Assembly (NCBI GenBank): GCA_964458565.1
Contig: CAYWJO010000043.1
Location: forward strand, 1 to 30,963
Source of the DNA: an uncultured archaeon
Lineage (GTDB): Archaea; Asgardarchaeota; Thorarchaeia; Thorarchaeales; Thorarchaeaceae
Reading direction: 5' to 3'
DNA length: 30,963 nucleotides
Shown here piece after piece: positions 18,119-26,267 of the stretch. Position numbers and translations under genes: made by a program. The notes under the pieces are model-generated. The model was not told where the DNA came from and ran no database searches. It saw nothing but the letters and a program-made list of their open reading frames with translations. Each line of letters starts with the position of its first letter. Within the stretch, counting starts at the first letter, position 1.

Positions 18119-18937
18119 TTGCCATATGCAACAATAGGAAACATCGATATTTATTACGAGATTCATGGACCACCTGACGCTCCACCTCTTGTGCTCATTG
18201 GAGGATGGGCTAGCTATCGCTGGATCTGGTTTCGACAAATTCCCGCATTTAAGGAAAAATACAGATGCGTAGTCTTTGATAATCGTGGAGCAGGAAGAAG
18301 TTCTAAGCCTGACTATCCATATACCATGGAAATGTTCGCTGATGACACTGTTGGTCTGATGGATTCACTGAAGATTGAAAACGCACATATTCTTGGGATT
18401 TCAATGGGAGGATTGATTGCGCAGCAAATTGCTATTTCCTATCCTGAAAAGATCCGAAGTTTGATTCTTGTGTCCACTCACTTTGGAGGACCCAATTCTA
18501 TCCCAATGGATGATAAAACAATGGCTTTGCTAATTGCTCTTCCCACTGAAACAATCTCAAAAGAGCAAGCCCGAGATATGCGCTACAGAGCTACCTTCAG
18601 TCCACAATTCCTCCAAGAGAACAGGTCAGTGATGGAGCAGATAGATGAATGGGCAGAACGGCATCCTGCACCGTTGTATGCACAAGTGCATCAAAGTTCT
18701 GCGGTGGGTGGGTTCAATGCTGAATCGGAAGTGAAGCAAATATCAGCACCCACACTTATCATACACGGAGATAGTGATCGCGCTGTCCCAACTAGGAATA
18801 GTGAACTGTTAGCTGATAGTATATCCAACTCAAAATTGGTTCTTATAGAAGGCGGTTCACATTTTAGCATCATTGAGAAATACGAAGTGTTCAATAATGC
18901 TGTAATAAACTTCATAGACGAAGTGGAAAGGGGTTAG
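18119..18937 (+). CDS. Alpha/beta-fold hydrolase 1 (enol-lactonase/esterase-like); start TTG 18119 or GTG 18110
   Basis: IYYEIHG, DNRGAGRS, nucleophile GISMGG, acid HGDSD, His GGSHF. Confidence 0.9.
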   Translation: MPYATIGNIDIYYEIHGPPDAPPLVLIGGWASYRWIWFRQIPAFKEKYRCVVFDNRGAGRSSKPDYPYTMEMFADDTVGLMDSLKIENAHILGISMGGLIAQQIAISYPEKIRSLILVSTHFGGPNSIPMDDKTMALLIALPTETISKEQARDMRYRATFSPQFLQENRSVMEQIDEWAERHPAPLYAQVHQSSAVGGFNAESEVKQISAPTLIIHGDSDRAVPTRNSELLADSISNSKLVLIEGGSHFSIIEKYEVFNNAVINFIDEVERG

Positions 18938-18986
18938 GCTACCCCTTATGGCAAGAAATGGTTAATCAAACTCGAAGGATGCTAGA

Positions 18987-19997
18987 ATGGTTCGTTCAGC
19001 TGTAATAACAGGTTTGGGAATGTACGTGCCTGAGAAGATGTTGACAAATGAAGATATTGAGCATATGCTTGGCCGTCCTGGGACAGCAGATTGGTTGGTA
19101 AAGAACGTTGGAATCAGACAGCGTCATGTAATGGCTGAAGATGAGGTGACATCTGATCTCGCCGTGCATGCTAGTCGTGAAGCATTGGAAAATGCAGATG
19201 TAGATGCTGAAGACCTTGACCTAATCATTTTGAGTACTGACACACCGGACTATCTATCTCCCGCAACATCAGTAGTGGTTCAATACAAACTCGGAGCGAA
19301 GAATGCAGGTACTTTTGATGTCAATTGTGCTTGTGCAGGTCTGGTTACTTCTTTGGACATAGCCTCTCGTTACATTAGAACAGATTCTGATATCAATTCG
19401 GTTTTGGTGATTGGGGCATACGGAATGACCAAATTTGTTGATTGGACGGATCACTATACATGTACCTTGTTTGCTGATGCTGCAGGAGCTATGGTCTTAC
19501 GAGCCAGCGAAGACAAAGAAGGATTCATTGCCTCAAAACTGATTGCGGATGGCTCTTTCCACGACCATTTAGGAATCTTCGTCGGAGGAACTTCAGAACC
19601 CCCAACTGTTGAAGCGATCCGGAACAATCGACATCATCTAGCGTTTCGTAAGCGCTTTCCTGCAGATACAAACCTTCAACACTGGCCAGCTATGACAAGA
19701 GATTGTGTATCAAAGGCGAATCTGTCCATCGATGATATCGATTGGATCTTCTTCACTCAAGTAAATATACGAACCATTGAGGCTGTTATGAAGGAACTAG
19801 GCATGCCGCTCGAAAAGACTCACAATGTCATGGATAAATGGGGATACACTGGTTCGGCTTGTATCGCATTAGCAATGTACGATGCCATTAAACAAGGAAA
19901 GATTCCACCTCCCGGACAAGGAAATGGGGAGAATATTGCTCTCTGCTCGTCAGGAGGAGGTTTCAACATGGCAGCGGCAGTACTGAGATGGTGGTAA
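18987..19997 (+). CDS. 3-oxoacyl-ACP synthase III (FabH)-like enzyme 2, non-canonical (Cys116 / Thr257 / Tyr287)
   Basis: ITGLGMYVP, GIRQRH, TDTPDYLSPATS, DVNCACAG, LFADAAGA, FFTQVN, WGYTGSA, SGGGF. Confidence 0.9.
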   Translation: MVRSAVITGLGMYVPEKMLTNEDIEHMLGRPGTADWLVKNVGIRQRHVMAEDEVTSDLAVHASREALENADVDAEDLDLIILSTDTPDYLSPATSVVVQYKLGAKNAGTFDVNCACAGLVTSLDIASRYIRTDSDINSVLVIGAYGMTKFVDWTDHYTCTLFADAAGAMVLRASEDKEGFIASKLIADGSFHDHLGIFVGGTSEPPTVEAIRNNRHHLAFRKRFPADTNLQHWPAMTRDCVSKANLSIDDIDWIFFTQVNIRTIEAVMKELGMPLEKTHNVMDKWGYTGSACIALAMYDAIKQGKIPPPGQGNGENIALCSSGGGFNMAAAVLRWW

Positions 19998-20077
19998 GGG
20001 ATTTTTATTACGGTTGAGACTGATAATATAAGAAGCGATTTTGCTTCTTTGTCAAGAACAGAATTCCTATCGAAGGG

Positions 20078-21625
20078 ATGTCAATGGTTAATCAGTTTGA
20101 TTATCTATCCAAGCGAAACATCTTCTCTCCCGAGGTCGAAGCATTAGTAGATGTAGAAACCGGGACACGATATTCGTATAGTGCGTTCAACAAACGAGCG
20201 AATAGAGTCGCAAACTTCCTCCAACAAGGGGTTGGATTTCAAAAAGGAGATCGTCTATGTATCCTCGCTCAAAATAGCCTGGAGTATTGGGAGGCATTTT
20301 TCGGATGCCAAAAGTGTGGAGGGATTTTCAGTCCGCTCAACTGGCGTCTGGTTGTTCGAGAGTTAGCTGGTCTGGTCGATGACCTTTCTCCTTCCGTACT
20401 ATTCTTTGATTCCGACTTAGCTGCTGTTGCATCAGAGTTGAAACAAGAAGTCACTGTTAATCACTGGGTTTCATTGGATTCAAGAGGAACAGAACTGGAT
20501 GGTTCTCTGAAATACGAGGATGTTCTGAGTAAAGTAGCAACAGATCCTCCAACACCTGTTGACCTCTCTTATGATGATCCGATGGGTATCGTTTTCACTG
20601 GTGGAACAACAGGACTACCAAAAGGTGCTATGATAACCTACAGACAGGTTGCGTTCAACACTCTTAGTACAATTAGAGATATACTTCCAGGTGATGTTTT
20701 TATTAATCATCTACCTTTGTTTCATGTCGGAGGACTGTATGTATATGCTATTCCGCTTTTCATTCTGGGAGGGAAAGTAATCCAGATGAAGAGATGGGAT
20801 CTAGACACATTAGTGAGTGTGATCAATAAAGAGAATCCTAACTTCTTCTTTGCTGTTCCTACACAATATCGCATGCTGATGAACCATCCCGATTTTAAAT
20901 CGATTGACTTCAGTAACGTTCGGTTTTTGACATCTGGAGGTGAGCCTCTACCCCTAGACATCATCAAGACCTACCGAGAAGCTCATGGAGTCAAATTCAA
21001 GCAGGGGTTTGGAATGACGGAAGTTGGACCAGGATGTTTTGCTCTTGACCCATGGGATGCTGAACGAAAGGTTGGTGGTATTGGTACTCCTAATTTCTTC
21101 ATAGACGCAAAAGTGGTTGATCCTGAGACTGGAACGGATTGCAATGCGAATGAGGTCGGTGAACTTCTATTTAAAGGGCCCACAGTGACGATTGGTTACT
21201 GGAATCGACCAGAATTGAACAAGACACTCCTAGATGAAGCCGGTTGGTTTCGAACAGGTGATATGGTGTATTTTGATGAGGAAGGTTACTACTTTGTAGT
21301 TGATCGAGTAAAGGACATGTTCATTTCGGGAGGTGAAAACGTCTATCCTAGAGAAATTGAGAAGCTTTTAGAACAGTATCCAAAGATAGCTCAAGTACAG
21401 GTTATCGGTGTATCTGATCCCAAATGGGGAGAAGTCGGACGCGCTATTGTTGTTTTGAGATCAGGGCAAGAAGCTACGGAAGCAGAAATACTTGATTTTT
21501 GTAAAGGCGAATTAGCCAAATTCAAGATACCCAAATCAGTGGTTTTTGTGGACAGTTTTACAGATTACATTTCTGGAGCTGGGAAAATCTTGAAACGGAA
21601 ATTAAGAGAGGACTTTGGAAAATAG
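20078..21625 (+). CDS. Acyl-CoA synthetase (AMP-forming) 2
   Basis: FTGGTTGLPKG, GFGMTE, GWFRTGD, KDMFISGGENVYP, GKILK. Confidence 0.92.
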   Translation: MSMVNQFDYLSKRNIFSPEVEALVDVETGTRYSYSAFNKRANRVANFLQQGVGFQKGDRLCILAQNSLEYWEAFFGCQKCGGIFSPLNWRLVVRELAGLVDDLSPSVLFFDSDLAAVASELKQEVTVNHWVSLDSRGTELDGSLKYEDVLSKVATDPPTPVDLSYDDPMGIVFTGGTTGLPKGAMITYRQVAFNTLSTIRDILPGDVFINHLPLFHVGGLYVYAIPLFILGGKVIQMKRWDLDTLVSVINKENPNFFFAVPTQYRMLMNHPDFKSIDFSNVRFLTSGGEPLPLDIIKTYREAHGVKFKQGFGMTEVGPGCFALDPWDAERKVGGIGTPNFFIDAKVVDPETGTDCNANEVGELLFKGPTVTIGYWNRPELNKTLLDEAGWFRTGDMVYFDEEGYYFVVDRVKDMFISGGENVYPREIEKLLEQYPKIAQVQVIGVSDPKWGEVGRAIVVLRSGQEATEAEILDFCKGELAKFKIPKSVVFVDSFTDYISGAGKILKRKLREDFGK

Positions 21626-21636
21626 GAGGATGAATC

Positions 21637-22431
21637 ATGCCAATCAGAAAAATAAATGGAATCAATATCTACTATGAAATACACGGTCAAGGCGAACCTG
21701 TTATTTTTGGGAATGGTATCTTCTCAAACACATTGGGATGGGTAAATCAACTCTCCACGTTTTCAAGAGAGTATCAGGTTATCCTCTATGACATGCGTGG
21801 ACAAGGGCAAAGCGATAAACCGAAGGGTCCGTATTCCTTCGATATCCATGCAGACGATCAAATGGCTCTTCTCGAAGAACTTGGTATTTCTAAGGTTCAT
21901 CATGTTGGAATCAGCTATGGCGCAGAATTAGGTATGGTCTTCGCATTGAAGTATCCAGATACACTGAAGAGCCTAGTTGTTTGCAGTGGTGTCTCGTTCG
22001 TGGGAACATTGCTCTATAAGATGTGTGAATTATGGAGATATGCCTGTGTGCTTGAGGACCCTGAGTTGTTCTATTATGCAACACTCCCCTTGAATTTTGG
22101 AGAAACTTTTCTTAAAGCGCAAGCTGCTATATTGGAACAAGCAAAGGCACGCTATGCTCAACTTGATTTTGCAGCACTAGTAAGGTTAATTGATTCATTC
22201 CTCATGCTAGACATTACGGAGCAATTACCAAAGATCAAAATACCTACCTGTGTCATTGCAGGTGAGAAAGACATTTTAAAACCAGCTCATCCCTATTCTA
22301 GCTTGATTCATGATAGTTTGTCTAATTCGGAAATGGTGATTGTCCGTGATTCAGGACATGCCATTACATTTGAAAAACCTGAGGAGTTCAACAGCATAGT
22401 TCTAGGGTTCTTACATAAACAATTCCTGTAA
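21637..22431 (+). CDS. Alpha/beta-fold hydrolase 2
   Basis: DMRGQGQS, GISYGA nucleophile elbow, AGEKD, SGHA; GGAGG RBS. Confidence 0.9.
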   Translation: MPIRKINGINIYYEIHGQGEPVIFGNGIFSNTLGWVNQLSTFSREYQVILYDMRGQGQSDKPKGPYSFDIHADDQMALLEELGISKVHHVGISYGAELGMVFALKYPDTLKSLVVCSGVSFVGTLLYKMCELWRYACVLEDPELFYYATLPLNFGETFLKAQAAILEQAKARYAQLDFAALVRLIDSFLMLDITEQLPKIKIPTCVIAGEKDILKPAHPYSSLIHDSLSNSEMVIVRDSGHAITFEKPEEFNSIVLGFLHKQFL

Positions 22432-22514
22432 TATACTCTTTAGAGTAACGCTGTTCTTTGGTTTTTTAATTTCCCAAGAGATAAATAGCAGGAACACTAC
22501 TAAAAGTGGTTAGG

Positions 22515-22534
22515 CATAGAACATTCTATGTTCT
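22515..22534. promoter_or_regulatory. Overlapping inverted repeats upstream of the substrate-binding protein gene
   Basis: CATAGAA-CA-TTCTATG (22515-22530) and AGAACAT-TCT-ATGTTCT (22518-22534) in a 153-bp intergenic gap. Confidence 0.35.
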
Positions 22535-22584
22535 TACTCTAACAGTATTCTTGAAAAAGAAGTATTGATTAGGGAGGATAGAAG

Positions 22585-24105
22585 ATGAAAAAAAATAAAA
22601 CAATATCTCTATCTCTGTCGCTGCTATTATTAGTATCCATCTTCCTACCTTGTTTATTTGTTACACCAGCTGTTTCACAAGTAACTCCGATTAAAATTGG
22701 AATTTTCACCCCTGAAACAACAGGTCTGACGGCTTATGCACCTTGGACAAAACAAGGCTTCGAGTTGGGAATGATATATGCAACTACGATGATGGGATAT
22801 AACAATGAGAATAAGACTCAAGCGGGTCGACCCTATGAGCTTCATTATTATGATACACAAGGTTCAGTTGTCGAGGCAGCAACCAAAGCGGTAGAAGCTA
22901 TCGAAACGGATGGCATTGACATTCTCGTCGGAGGAACTTCTAGTGCAGTTGCCGCAGCAATAGCACCTATTGCAGAAGATTACGAGAAGCTATATTTCAT
23001 AACACCAGCTGCTGCTTCTTCGCTAACTGCAGCGGACTTTAATCCATACATTTTCCGTATCGCCAGAAATAACTGGCATGATGCCTATGCTGGGGTTACG
23101 TATGCTATGGATTACCTCAACTATACGAAATTTGCCTTTCTTGCTGCTGATTATTCCTTTGGATATGATGGCGTTGCATCAATGACGAGTGTAATAGAGG
23201 AGAAGGGAGGAGTGGTGATCACTAGCTTGTATGCCAATCTATTTGATAATGATTTCACTCAGGAGATTGATGCTCTCAAAGCTGCTGATGTAGTAAACGA
23301 TATTGAGTATTTGTTTATTATTTGGGCTCTTGACTTCTCATATCTCTACAATGATTTATCAACATATGGTCTTGCAGCTGATATGGAAATTGCAGGAGCA
23401 TGTATTGATATTCTTTCCATGAACACTATTGAAGCTAGTTTGACTCCTCCAGCTACCTATGAGAATTCTACCGGACTCTGTCTATATGGCTATGAACTAC
23501 CAAACAATACGGTAAATGACTGGATGGTGGCTCAACATGTCACCAGAAACATCAAGCCAAATGGTCAATATGGACTTCAATATAGAGTTCCGGAACTTTT
23601 CACAGCAAGTGGGTTTGCTACGGCGCAATTCTTGGTAGATGTAACGAATGCAATCCCTGACCTCAATACTAATCTGATGATCAATTATCTCGAAAGTGGT
23701 ATTACGATAGACACCCCGAAGGGACCAACATATTTGAGACCTGATGATCATCAAGGGCTTGCAGAGATGTATATCGCCAGAGCTGTGAATGATACACGCC
23801 CAGCGTCCGAAACATATAATCTCATCATTGCGGATTTGGTTAGAACCCTCGACCGTAACGAAGTTGCGCCTCCAATTGAATCAGGTTATACACCCGGCGG
23901 ATTTGCACCAACGACAACAGGAACAACAACGGAAACAACAACGGAAACAACAACGGGACCAACAACGGGAACGACATCAGAAACAACATCAGAAACAACG
24001 CCAGTACCCACTGGATTTGATGTTCTCACTCTCACTTTGATAGTTGGTGGTGTTGGTGTAGTTCTAATCATTGTAATTGCTGTAATTTGGTTGCGGAAGA
24101 AGTAA
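22585..24105 (+). CDS. ABC transporter substrate-binding protein (LivK/type I PBP) with signal peptide, Thr-rich linker and C-terminal TM anchor
   Basis: IKIGIFTPETTG, ILVGGTSSAVA, AADYSFG, TPKGPTYLRPDDHQ; T-rich linker; LTLIVGGVGVVLIIVIAVIWLRKK. Confidence 0.9.
   Translation: MKKNKTISLSLSLLLLVSIFLPCLFVTPAVSQVTPIKIGIFTPETTGLTAYAPWTKQGFELGMIYATTMMGYNNENKTQAGRPYELHYYDTQGSVVEAATKAVEAIETDGIDILVGGTSSAVAAAIAPIAEDYEKLYFITPAAASSLTAADFNPYIFRIARNNWHDAYAGVTYAMDYLNYTKFAFLAADYSFGYDGVASMTSVIEEKGGVVITSLYANLFDNDFTQEIDALKAADVVNDIEYLFIIWALDFSYLYNDLSTYGLAADMEIAGACIDILSMNTIEASLTPPATYENSTGLCLYGYELPNNTVNDWMVAQHVTRNIKPNGQYGLQYRVPELFTASGFATAQFLVDVTNAIPDLNTNLMINYLESGITIDTPKGPTYLRPDDHQGLAEMYIARAVNDTRPASETYNLIIADLVRTLDRNEVAPPIESGYTPGGFAPTTTGTTTETTTETTTGPTTGTTSETTSETTPVPTGFDVLTLTLIVGGVGVVLIIVIAVIWLRKK
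23908..24003 (+). repeat. Imperfect 12-bp tandem repeat encoding the Thr-rich linker
   Basis: ACAACAACGGAA-like units encoding TTTE/TTTG/TTSE. Confidence 0.8.
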
Positions 24106-24144
24106 TGGTTCATCTTGAACCATTATTTTTTTCTTTTTTTTTTT
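24103..24144 (+). terminator. Intrinsic terminator ending the right-arm operon
   Basis: TAATGGTTCA-TCT-TGAACCATTA perfect 10-bp stem followed by a long T tract. Confidence 0.8.
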
Positions 24145-24247
24145 CTCATATTCTTAGTTGATACTGGACAGATAATTTACTCTAGGTCCCTGAATTTGTA
24201 AATGGGCCTAAAATCAAATATCACAGCATTTGATGTTTCATGAAAAA

Positions 24248-24814
24248 CTAATCTATGTCAGTAAGCGCAATGACATGGAGAGTCTGATGATCTGGATTAA
24301 GGATGAACATTAGACCATCCCATGCAAGATTTTCAAAAAAAGCGGAGATCTTCTTTAGTTCCAGCATCTCTACTGGAAGTATAAATCCCTTACTGACATC
24401 TTCACCACGAGTATCCTCTTGAATCCCCCAAAATATCATTAAGGACTTAGCATCGTTTTGTAACCTCTTTCTTTAGTTCTCTTCTATTATTGCAGTTTCA
24501 GCTTCACTCAAACTTGACCCGTACGAACTTCCAGTCTTAAGAATCCTGTAGAGCCCCTTTAGGGTATCACTGGGCTCTCGAAAAGGAAACATGCTGAAAT
24601 CCCAGTCCACACTTGATTTCCACTTCCATTTCTCGTTCGCATATTCTGCAAACTGCTTGAAGAACAATCTATACTTATCCGGATTTTTGAAATCATAAGT
24701 TTCAAGTGATATATCAGATTCAATCTTATACTGAGCAACCACTACCTCCACTTCAACCTCTCTCACCAACTCATCTAGGACTTCATCAGTAATCTCTTCA
24801 ATGAATGTGAACAA
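24248..24814 (-). pseudogene. Hypothetical protein interrupted by one in-frame TAA (24473-24475)
   Basis: The 113-aa and 63-aa ORFs share a frame, and the intervening codons are sense: ...IIEEN*RKRLQNDAKSLMIFWG... Confidence 0.6.
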
Positions 24815-24847
24815 AAATTCATCTCCTAGTAAATTGATGCATCAGTT

Positions 24848-25519
24848 TTAAGCGCCATCTAGAATGGCTTTGAGTCTCCTTGTAGTATCCTCAATGTTAT
24901 CCGTTTTGAAGACAGCAGAACCCGCTATGAAAAAATCAGCACCAGCTTTTCTAATCTCAGCGATATTCTCCATCTTGACGCCCCCATCTATTGCAATTCT
25001 AACCGAAGGTTTGTGCTCATCCAATAATTCTCGTAATTCTGTGATCTTGGTCATTACCGATGGGATAAAGCTCTGTCCTCCAAAACCCGGACATACGCTC
25101 ATTAGCATAATTCTATCCAATAGGTCCAGAAGTGGAACGACGCTTGATATTGGTGTTGCAGGATTTAGAGTAATACCCGCCTTGCCTCCTAAGTCTGTAA
25201 TCATTTGTACAGTCCTATAAACATCATAATCACCCTCAATATGAGGATAGAGTAGTTCAACCCCTGCATCCAAAAACCTAGGTATGTACTCCCTGGGTTT
25301 TGTGATCATTAGGTGTGCGTCTAAGGGAACATCAGTGATTCTCTTCATAGTCTTAGCAATCCAAGGTCCGAAGCTAATGTTCGGTACAAAATGTGAGTCC
25401 ATGATATCGAGGTGGAAATAATCTGCTCCACCACGTTCAGCTGCTTTCACGTCCTCCGCGAGATGCGCAAAGTCTGCGGATAGTATTGAAGGTGCAAGCA
25501 TGGGTTTCATTAGAATCAT
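24848..25519 (-). CDS. rpe: Ribulose-phosphate 3-epimerase
   Basis: LAPSILSADF, HLDIMDSHFVPN, DAHLM, MSVCPGFGGQ, IDGG, AGSAVF. Confidence 0.95.
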   Translation of the reverse strand: MILMKPMLAPSILSADFAHLAEDVKAAERGGADYFHLDIMDSHFVPNISFGPWIAKTMKRITDVPLDAHLMITKPREYIPRFLDAGVELLYPHIEGDYDVYRTVQMITDLGGKAGITLNPATPISSVVPLLDLLDRIMLMSVCPGFGGQSFIPSVMTKITELRELLDEHKPSVRIAIDGGVKMENIAEIRKAGADFFIAGSAVFKTDNIEDTTRRLKAILDGA

Positions 25520-25766
25520 CTCACAGAAATCGCCCCGATTATTTAAACAATATCACCAATCCTCATAATGCCACATTGTAGAATAGATAATATGACAATA
25601 TAGTACTATTTGCAGTTTTTAAAGCCCTCTTAAAGGTTATTTAGGTATAAATGGCTCGAAAAACATTTTTTTGGTTTGGCATTTGAGATATTGCTTCATC
25701 TTCATTATATATAATCTAAAGAATTGTATATTGATGATTTACATGCAAGGATACAATGCCCGTTCA

Positions 25767-26009
25767 ATGGAGTCTTCTAGATTTTTTCAAACAGATACAG
25801 AAATTTCTGAGATTGAAAAGGAGATTCTCTGGGTATTTGGGAAATCAATAATTGAATTTGAGTCAGTTCTTTATGTCAAGTTTCATACTCTTACAACTGA
25901 ATTCATACTTAGTGAAGAGCAGTTACGTCTACATCTTATGAATTTGGAACAGAAAGGGTACGTGGCTTTTGCTTCCTTTATGGGTAAGCGATCATGGAGA
26001 AAGCTTTAG
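25767..26009 (+). CDS. Small hypothetical protein, possible winged-helix domain
   Basis: MESSRFF...EKEILWVF...LSEEQLRLHLMNLEQKGYV resembles a wHTH; the upstream extension in the ORF track is AT-rich, promoter-like sequence. Confidence 0.5.
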   Translation: MESSRFFQTDTEISEIEKEILWVFGKSIIEFESVLYVKFHTLTTEFILSEEQLRLHLMNLEQKGYVAFASFMGKRSWRKL

Positions 26010-26219
26010 CTGCGTCACCATCACATAAAAAGCGCTAATTGAAAGCATCTTCTTCATTGGTTGTGGCCTATTCAGAGTTCGAATTATCATCAGATAAATC
26101 AGCTACAGAATTACCTGGGTCCTCAAGTATCTCGTCTAACTCCAATTATATGCTGCGAACTTAGTCCTCATCCTCTTCAAGTGAAACATGAATGTATTCA
26201 TGTTCAGGTACAACAACTA

Positions 26220-26258
26220 AAAAGTGACTAGGAGGGGTCGAAATCTCGAACCCCTCCT
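26220..26258 (-). terminator. GC-rich hairpin terminator after the surface protein gene
   Basis: AGGAGGGG (26230-26237)...CCCCTCCT (26251-26258), followed on the minus strand by TTTTT. Confidence 0.65.
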
Positions 26259-26267
26259 TAAATTGGT

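Noticed and set aside
18935-18985. Pyrrolysine readthrough of the hydrolase-1 TAG, which lies in a hairpin
   Set aside because: The hydrolase domain is already complete, readthrough adds only about 15 unremarkable residues, and no pyl genes are in the window.
10986-21625. Annotation as canonical fabH (FAS II) and menE (menaquinone) genes
   Set aside because: Both KAS proteins lack the His/Asn pair, and no ACP, FabD, FabG or other men genes are present.
23908-24003. Tandem repeats as a possible CRISPR array
   Set aside because: These are in-frame 12-bp coding repeats with no unique spacers, and no cas genes are present.
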